NCBI GenBank assembly: GCA_942493095.1
Contig: OW818675.1
Span: 2,430,001 to 2,462,000, forward strand
DNA length: 32,000 bases
Direction of reading: 5' to 3'
From: Candidatus Electronema halotolerans
GTDB lineage: Bacteria > Desulfobacterota > Desulfobulbia > Desulfobulbales > Desulfobulbaceae
The notes under the pieces were generated by a model. It did not search any database and was not told the origin of the DNA. It was given only the letters and a program-made list of their open reading frames with translations. How positions within the stretch are numbered: position 1 is the stretch's first letter; each line of letters opens with the position of its first letter. Made by a program: the position numbers and the translations under genes. Positions 26,162 to 32,000 of the stretch are shown in pieces.

Positions 26162-26881
26162 TCAGGTGCGGGCGGCCAAACCTTGGGCGATTTCCTGCTG
26201 GAGGCTGCGGACCAGAGCGGCAGGGTCGCTGCTGTTGCGGATCGGCCTGCCAATGACCACATAATCCGCGCCATTGCTGATCGCGTTTTTGGCGGTGGCA
26301 ATCCGCTTCTGATCATCGCTGCCATCATCAATGTTGGCTCCGGGCCGGATGCCAGGAGTGACGATGAGAAAGTTTTCATCCAGCGCGTTCCGCAGGGGCT
26401 GGGCCTCCAAGGCTGAGGCAACCACGCCGTCGCAGCCGATCTCCAAGGCGTTGCGGGAACGGCGCAGGACCAGATCAGCAATGCTGCCGTTCAGGCCCAT
26501 TGCCCGCATGTCGTCCTCGCAGAAGCTGGTCAGCACGGTGACGGCAAGAATTTTCACATCGCCCTTGGCCTGCGCGGCAGCCCGCAGAATAGGGTCATTG
26601 CCATGCACAGTGGCAAAGGTCACGCCCCGGTTGTTGAGCTGACTGACCGCCAGATGCACGGTTTCCGGGATGTCAAAAAACTTGAGGTCCAGCATGACCT
26701 TGCAGCCGCGCCGGACAATCTCGTCAATGATCTGAAAACCGCTGCTGAGAAAAAGCTGGAGACCGACCTTGAAGAATCTGATCTCGCTCTCCAGCGTGTT
26801 GATCAGGTGCATGGCCTCCTCATGCGAAGGCACGTCCAAGGCAAAGATAATGCGCTCGTTGAGCGGAATGTTTTTGGGCAT
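26162..26881 (-). CDS. pyrF: Orotidine 5'-phosphate decarboxylase, 239 aa
   Basis: IIFALDV and the DLKFFDIPETV (DxKxxDIP) active-site motifs are present. The length is typical. Confidence 0.92.
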   Translation of the reverse strand: MPKNIPLNERIIFALDVPSHEEAMHLINTLESEIRFFKVGLQLFLSSGFQIIDEIVRRGCKVMLDLKFFDIPETVHLAVSQLNNRGVTFATVHGNDPILRAAAQAKGDVKILAVTVLTSFCEDDMRAMGLNGSIADLVLRRSRNALEIGCDGVVASALEAQPLRNALDENFLIVTPGIRPGANIDDGSDDQKRIATAKNAISNGADYVVIGRPIRNSSDPAALVRSLQQEIAQGLAART

Positions 26882-26887
26882 GATGCT

Positions 26888-27703
26888 TCAGGGGGAAACG
26901 GAGGCTTGGCTGCGCCGCCGGGAAAGATAAACAAGAATGCCTGCGCCGATCATGGCTGAACAGAGCAGCTGGCCCATGCTCAGACCAAAGAGGAGCAGGC
27001 CGAGCTGCGCATCCGGCTCGCGGAAGAATTCGAGCTGGAACCGGAAACAGCCGTATAAAATCAAAAACAGGGCCAGCAGCGAGCCATGCGGCCAGCGGCT
27101 GGACGGCGGCTTCTGCCACGGTTTTGCCCGCAGCGGCCAGAGGATGCAAAAGAGCAGCAGTCCCTCCAGCAGGGCTTCGTAAATCTGGGAAGGATGCCTC
27201 GGCAGCTCGCCGCCATTGGGAAAGACCATGCCCCACGGCACGTCTGTGGTCCGGCCATACAGCTCGCTGTTGAGGAAATTGCCCAGCCTGCCCAATCCCA
27301 GCCCAATAGGCGTGACCACTGCGTAGAGATCAACCCCTTTCCAGAAGTCAAGCCTGCTGAAACGGCAGTAGAGCAGCCCGGCAATCAGCACCCCGATCAG
27401 GCCGCCGTGAAAGGACATGCCGCCCTGCCAGGTGGCAAATATCTGCGCCGGGTGGTGCAGATAATAGGAGAAATTGTAGAACAGGACATAGCCCAGCCGT
27501 CCGCCAAGAATCACCCCGGCGATCAGAGCCAGATTGATATTGTCAAGATGATCAAGCATCTGCTGCCAGCCGACCTGCTTGGCCTGCCGCCGGACCAATA
27601 CATAGGCGGCGGCAAAGCCGAGCACATACATCAGGCCGTACCAGCGCACGGTCAGCGGGCCGACAGAAAAAATAACCGGATCAATTTCAGGATAGGCAAG
27701 CAT
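26888..27703 (-). CDS. lgt: Prolipoprotein diacylglyceryl transferase, 271 aa
   Basis: It is polytopic. The N-terminus IDPVIFSVGPLTVRWYGLMY and the GGMSFHGGLIG motif are typical of Lgt. Confidence 0.93.
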   Translation of the reverse strand: MLAYPEIDPVIFSVGPLTVRWYGLMYVLGFAAAYVLVRRQAKQVGWQQMLDHLDNINLALIAGVILGGRLGYVLFYNFSYYLHHPAQIFATWQGGMSFHGGLIGVLIAGLLYCRFSRLDFWKGVDLYAVVTPIGLGLGRLGNFLNSELYGRTTDVPWGMVFPNGGELPRHPSQIYEALLEGLLLFCILWPLRAKPWQKPPSSRWPHGSLLALFLILYGCFRFQLEFFREPDAQLGLLLFGLSMGQLLCSAMIGAGILVYLSRRRSQASVSP

Positions 27704-27730
27704 GTTGCTCCGCGCCCTTTGTTTCTCTGT

Positions 27731-28543
27731 TCAGAAATCGTTCAAGCCCAGCACGTCAAACATGCTGTACAGCCCCTTGGGCTTGTCAGCCACCCACGCT
27801 GCGGCCAAGGCCGCGCCGTTGGCAAAGTTGTCCCGATTGCTGGCCCGATGGGTGATTTCGATCCGTTCACCAGCTCCGGCAAAATAGACCGTGTGCTCGC
27901 CGACAATGTCCCCGGCCCGGATGGTCTGGATGCCGATCTCCTTGTCCGTGCGCTCGCCGATCATGCCGTGCCGCTCATACACGCCGACCTCAGCCAGATT
28001 GCGGCCCAAGCCTGCTGCCGCCATTTCGCCCAGCTTGAGGGCCGTGCCGGACGGCGCATCCTTTTTCATCCGATGATGGGCCTCAACAATCTCCACGTCA
28101 TAAGCATCGCCGAGCACAGCGGCGGTCCGTTCGGCCAGCTTGAAGAGCACGTTCACGCCCACAGCCATGTTCGGCGCCTGCACACAGGGAAAATGCGCGG
28201 CAGCGGTCTCACGCAGCACGACCAAGTTTTCAGCGGTCAGACCGGTGGTGCCGATCACTATGGCCCGGCCATATTGAGCTGCGACTTTGATGAACTCCAT
28301 AGTCGCCTTGTGAAAGGTGAAGTCAATGATCACCTCGCCCTGCTCAATCACTGCCTCCAAACTGTCAGCAATGGTCACGCCAATTGGGCCAAAGCCCACT
28401 GTTTCGCCAATATCCTTGCCCACAAAGGGGCTGTCCGCCTGTTCAAAGGCACCGCTCAGGGTCAGGCCGGAATGCTGCTGCACCATAGCGCAGATGCGGC
28501 GGCCCATGCGTCCGCCAGCCCCGGCCACAATCACTTTCGTCAT
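27731..28543 (-). CDS. dapB: 4-hydroxy-tetrahydrodipicolinate reductase, 270 aa
   Basis: The NAD(P)-binding VIVAGAGGRMG motif and the DapB signature EAHHRMKKDAPSGTA are present. Confidence 0.95.
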   Translation of the reverse strand: MTKVIVAGAGGRMGRRICAMVQQHSGLTLSGAFEQADSPFVGKDIGETVGFGPIGVTIADSLEAVIEQGEVIIDFTFHKATMEFIKVAAQYGRAIVIGTTGLTAENLVVLRETAAAHFPCVQAPNMAVGVNVLFKLAERTAAVLGDAYDVEIVEAHHRMKKDAPSGTALKLGEMAAAGLGRNLAEVGVYERHGMIGERTDKEIGIQTIRAGDIVGEHTVYFAGAGERIEITHRASNRDNFANGAALAAAWVADKPKGLYSMFDVLGLNDF

Positions 28544-28688
28544 AATAGCTTTCCTGGATGGTGAATGAAGAATTTTTCCTTGAAAGAGGTTCTACTGTAG
28601 CAGATGAGCGGTCATCTGTCATGAAAAGATTGCCTGCCAGTCAAGCTCGCTCGATCAAAAAGCAAATCGAAAATCGCAGTTGCAACGC

Positions 28689-29135
28689 TCAGAGCACCAC
28701 CAGCGTGATGCCCGGATTGCGCCGGTTCAGGTCGCTGTGGCGGCGAAGGGCCGGGAAGCGGCGGAGCAGACTCCTGCCTGCATTGCTGCGGGTGCTGAAG
28801 TCCTCGCCGCAGACGATCTCTTTGATATGGCCTTGGTAGTGGAGATAGTGGAGGCGGGCGCGGCCTTCCTCCCGGATCACGCCGCCCGCGCCCGTGGAGC
28901 CGTAGCCGTGAATCAGGGTCAGTATCCGTCGCCGCTCCAGCCGGGCTTGGATCAGCTCGCGCTCCAACCGGGCCAATGCCTCTTCGACCGAGGGCATGCC
29001 CCGCTTGAGATTGATGATCTTGTGCGGCTCGCCCTGACCGGGCAGGAACTCCTCCAGTCCGGCGCCGCAGAACGGGCAGCGTCCGCTGCCGGGTTCCACC
29101 TCATTGCCGCAGACCGCGCAGCTTATGTCTCTCAT
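28689..29135 (-). CDS. Zinc-ribbon plus Smr-domain protein, 148 aa
   Basis: The N-terminus is CAVCG-x11-CPFCG. The Smr-type core is ILTLIHGYGSTGAGG. Its ATG overlaps the rel stop codon (ATGA at 29132-29135). Confidence 0.8.
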   Translation of the reverse strand: MRDISCAVCGNEVEPGSGRCPFCGAGLEEFLPGQGEPHKIINLKRGMPSVEEALARLERELIQARLERRRILTLIHGYGSTGAGGVIREEGRARLHYLHYQGHIKEIVCGEDFSTRSNAGRSLLRRFPALRRHSDLNRRNPGITLVVL

Positions 29136-31303
29136 GCTCTGCCGCCCCGGCGCACTTCAATCATGCCGGGCAGCTGGCGGAGATGGGTCTGGAGGAGCTG
29201 AAGATGCTCAAGGCCGCTGATCTCGACTAGGACCCGGAACTCGGCAGTGTTGTCAGTTTTGCTGCGCGAGTGCATCTCAATAATATTGGCATCGTCGCTC
29301 GATATGGCCGAGCTGATGTCGGCGAGCAGATTGCGGCGGTCAGCGGCCCGGAGAAGCAGCTCGGCCTGATGCGCCTCCTGAACCGCCTCTGACCACTGCA
29401 CCTCCAGCAGCCGCTCCGGCTCGGCAGTGAGCAGGCTGGGGCACTTGGCCTTATGCACGGCCACGCCGCTGCCCATTGTGATATAGCCAATGATCTCATC
29501 GCCCGGCACCGGTCGGCAGCACTGGCTGATGCGGATCAGCAGATCATCAAGGCCCTCGACATGGACTGCGCCCCGGCCTGAAGGAACCGGCTTGCTGGAG
29601 CTGCTGCCGGTGCGTTCAAGCAGCTCCTCCTGCCGCCGCTCCGCTTCCTCCTGCTTGAGCAACTCCTCTGGCAGCAAAGCGCGTTCAAGCTGCTGCAAGG
29701 TCACTTCCCCGGACCCGACCTTGACCAGCATGTCATCAAGGGTGGTCGCCCGCAGCTTCTGGAGCAGGAGGCGAAGATGGCCGCTCTTGACCAACTTCTT
29801 GAGACTGGCGCCGCGCTGCTTCAGCTCGCGCTCGCAGATTTCTCGGCCCTGCACCAGCGCCTTTTCCTTTTCCGCCTTGCGCAGCCACTGCCGAATCTTG
29901 GCCTTGGCCCGGCTGGTCTTGACCATCTGGAGCCAAGCCTGCTTGGGACAGGGTTCCTTGGCTGTGATGATCTCGACAATGTCGCCGTTCTGCAGCTCAT
30001 ACTTGAGCGGCACAATGCGGCCATTGACCCGCGCCCCGTTGCAGCGGTCGCCAATCGAAGTGTGGATGGCGTAGGCAAAGTCTATGGGCGTGGAGCCACG
30101 CGGCATGTCGCGCACCTCGCCTGCCGGGGTCAGGGCATAGACATCCGGGTCATACAGCTCGCCCCGGACAGAGTCCAGGAACTCGACCGAGTCCTCCACT
30201 TCCTGCAAGCCTTGGACCAGCTTTTTCAATTCCTGAAACAGATGCGCGTCGCTCTTGCTGATCTTCTGGCCCGCCTTGTAGGCCCAGTGGGCAGCCACAC
30301 CTTCCTGGGCCACCTCATCCATCTCCTGCGTGCGGATCTGAATTTCCATGAAATGGCCGCCCGGCCCAGCCACCGTGGTGTGCAGGGACTGGTAGTTGTT
30401 CTGCTTGGGCGCGGAGATGAAGTCCTTGATCCGGCCCTGCACCGGAGTCCAGCTGCCGTGGATGGTGCCCAAGGATTGGTAGCATTCCCGAACTGTTCTG
30501 ACAATGATGCGGAAAGCCACCTTGTCATAGACCTGCTCAATCGGGATGTTCTGGACCACCAGCTTCTTGTAGATCGAATAGAGATGCTTGGGCCGGCCCA
30601 AGACCCGCAGCGGAGTGATGCCGTTCGCCTTGAGATTGGCGCGGAGGATTGCTATCACTTCCTCGACATACTGTTCCCGCTCGCCGATGGTGCTTTCTAT
30701 GTGCTTGGTCAGGGACTCGTATTCTGCTGGGAAGAGATGCTGAAAGGAGAGGTCTTCGAGCTGCCGCTTGAGCCAGTCAATGCCGAGGCGGCTGGCAAGC
30801 GGCGCGTACAGATCCATAGTCTCGCGGGCTATCTGCCGCTGCCGCGTCGTGTCTGAGCAGTGCAGATGGAGCATGTCATGGAGGCGGTCGGCCAGCCGGA
30901 CCAGCAGGACGCGGATGTCCGCGCTCATGGCCAGAAAGAGGCGGCGGATGTTCTCAGCCTGATGGGTCAGGCTGGAGTCATAGCGGACATGGATGATTTT
31001 GGTCGCGCCGCTGACAACGCCCGCCACATCAGGGCCGAAGCGTTGCTCCAGCTCCTCGGCGGTGGCGGCGTTCTCCTTGATCATACCATGCAGCAGGCCG
31101 GCGATGATCGAGACCAGATCAAGGCGCATTGAAGCCAAGGTGGTGGCCACGTCGAGCAGATGCCGGGTGTACGGCTCGCCGGAAGGATGAAGTCGCCCCT
31201 TGTGCCGCTCGCAGGCGAACTGATACGCTTCCTGGAGCGGACTGAGATCAACCTCGTGGAGATAGCTGCGGGCCACTGAAAGCAGCCCTTGGAAATCAGG
31301 CAT
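29132..31303 (-). CDS. rel: Bifunctional (p)ppGpp synthetase/hydrolase (RelA/SpoT homologue), 723 aa from ATG 31303
   Basis: The HD hydrolase region (HKGRLHPSGEPYTRHLLDVA), the synthetase region (YQSLHTTV) and the TGS and ACT-like C-terminal regions are present. ATG 31303 gives a SpoT-like N-terminal length. An in-frame GTG at 31327 is an alternative start. Confidence 0.92.
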   Translation of the reverse strand: MPDFQGLLSVARSYLHEVDLSPLQEAYQFACERHKGRLHPSGEPYTRHLLDVATTLASMRLDLVSIIAGLLHGMIKENAATAEELEQRFGPDVAGVVSGATKIIHVRYDSSLTHQAENIRRLFLAMSADIRVLLVRLADRLHDMLHLHCSDTTRQRQIARETMDLYAPLASRLGIDWLKRQLEDLSFQHLFPAEYESLTKHIESTIGEREQYVEEVIAILRANLKANGITPLRVLGRPKHLYSIYKKLVVQNIPIEQVYDKVAFRIIVRTVRECYQSLGTIHGSWTPVQGRIKDFISAPKQNNYQSLHTTVAGPGGHFMEIQIRTQEMDEVAQEGVAAHWAYKAGQKISKSDAHLFQELKKLVQGLQEVEDSVEFLDSVRGELYDPDVYALTPAGEVRDMPRGSTPIDFAYAIHTSIGDRCNGARVNGRIVPLKYELQNGDIVEIITAKEPCPKQAWLQMVKTSRAKAKIRQWLRKAEKEKALVQGREICERELKQRGASLKKLVKSGHLRLLLQKLRATTLDDMLVKVGSGEVTLQQLERALLPEELLKQEEAERRQEELLERTGSSSSKPVPSGRGAVHVEGLDDLLIRISQCCRPVPGDEIIGYITMGSGVAVHKAKCPSLLTAEPERLLEVQWSEAVQEAHQAELLLRAADRRNLLADISSAISSDDANIIEMHSRSKTDNTAEFRVLVEISGLEHLQLLQTHLRQLPGMIEVRRGGRA

Positions 31304-31501
31304 GGTATTCTGCAAAGGCGGGCGCACCCTGCCGCTGCTGGCAGCTTGCCGCCGCAGCGTTCAGGATGGTCAGGAACTGATATCCTTGATCAAGAGTAAA
31401 GTTCGCCCTGTCGGTCATCGTGCAGGGAAAACAGAGGATTCTAAAAGACTGCCGACTTATCGCCGCTGGAGGGCAGGCCGGGCGGAAAGCACCGCGCTGT
31501 C

Positions 31502-31530
31502 AGAGTAGGCCGGGACGCTGCTTTTGTCAA
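31502..31530 (-). promoter_or_regulatory. Weak sigma70-type promoter candidate upstream of rel: TTGACA, 17-nt spacer, TACTCT
   Basis: On the minus strand, TTGACA lies at 31530-31525 and TACTCT at 31507-31502, with a 17-nt spacer. It sits ~200 nt upstream of the rel start. This rests on pattern match only. Confidence 0.3.
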
Positions 31531-31828
31531 GCATATCCTGCGGCAGGCCGTTTTTACATCTGGAATGATCGGTACGATCTTCAGCGCATGGTCTGCACAG
31601 CTTGAAAGCGGCGGGAGGAAGCGGGAGCGTTTTTACTGCGGGGGCGGCAAAGAGCCAATAGATTGCTGCACTTTCTCTGTTAACATGGGTTCTTTGCCCA
31701 GGCGGAAGCCAGCCGCCGCCTCAAACCCAGCAAAGCTCGGCTGCCGCAGCAGTTTCAGCAGGAATGAGCCTGCTGCTGCCGTGTTCACCGCGCTCTTACC
31801 GCGTTGTTAAACTCGAATTGAACAGATT

Positions 31829-32000
31829 TCAATAGACTTCTGGGACGTAATTCAGCTCGGAAACCGTGGTGGGTTGAACGATATCTTTCGCGTGCAATTT
31901 TGGCAACTTGATCGGCGGCTGCATTTCAAAGTGATAGGGAATTTTACCCAAGAGATGCGTGATGCAATTCAGCCTCGATTTCTTTTTGTGGTTGGCATCC
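31829..32000 (-). CDS. 3' end of an unidentified ORF running off the window (56 codons visible)
   Basis: The minus-strand frame is open from the window edge to TGA at 31831-31829 (...HKKKSRLNCITHLLGKIPYHFEMQPPIKLPKLHAKDIVQPTTVSELNYVPEVY). This segment is noticeably lower in GC than the adjacent DNA. I recognise no family. Confidence 0.3.
   Translation of the reverse strand, partial: DANHKKKSRLNCITHLLGKIPYHFEMQPPIKLPKLHAKDIVQPTTVSELNYVPEVY

Noticed and set aside
27086-28564. 492-aa plus-strand ORF spanning the antisense of both lgt and dapB and their spacer.
   Set aside because: Both sense genes have signature motifs (GGMSFHGG; EAHHRMKKDAPSGTA). The long antisense frame is a compositional artefact, even though it bridges an intergenic gap.
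31302-31810. Three overlapping plus-strand ORFs (68, 61 and 81 aa) upstream of rel.
   Set aside because: They are short, mutually overlapping and Arg/Ala/Gly/Cys-rich, with no SD or motifs. They are most likely non-coding.
1-32000. A scan for tRNA (T-loop GGTTCGA-type motifs), rRNA, tmRNA, SRP RNA or RNase P hallmarks, and for further copies of the IS inverted repeats.
   Set aside because: By eye, nothing beyond chance matches was found. The only GGTTCGA occurrence (~23779) lies inside the AT-rich CDS without a cloverleaf context. A covariance-model scan would be needed to be definitive.

Overview
The window is a 32-kb chromosomal segment of a high-GC, Gram-negative-type bacterium (it carries lgt, pilT and a dcw cluster). 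Taxon cannot be fixed from sequence alone. It is almost fully coding, mostly on the minus strand.

Minus-strand gene order, from high to low coordinates:
- rel(relA/spoT)-smr, then dapB-lgt-pyrF-edd.
- An accessory insert of about 2.8 kb carrying the only long plus-strand genes in this stretch.
- An M16C/PreP-like peptidase, an atypical PEP-utilizing-family protein and an orphan CheY-like receiver.
- A partial dcw cluster murG-murC-murB-ftsQ-ftsA-ftsZ, then a B12-binding radical SAM gene, then pilT.

The low-coordinate end holds a decayed methyltransferase, asnB, an intact IS4-family IS with a target-site duplication, and a MoeA-like molybdopterin-binding gene. No tRNA, rRNA or CRISPR array was recognised.

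The most unusual region is 21.5-24.3 kb. It contains a strictly 23-bp-phased TTGCAC repeat array (2 x 69 bp) and a near-consensus promoter. The promoter drives a gene whose product looks like an HU-type DNA-binding domain fused to an Ig-like DUF4469-type domain. Next comes a strongly AT-rich, evidently foreign gene for a secreted coiled-coil protein with tandem CxKC repeats, closed by a perfect 13-bp hairpin. This is my best candidate for an undescribed module, but its function is inference only.

Secondary points of interest:
- The PEP-utilizer-like protein paired with a receiver domain.
- The ATGA-overlapped rel-smr pair.
- The split dcw cluster.
- The IS transposase ORF that reads out of the element.
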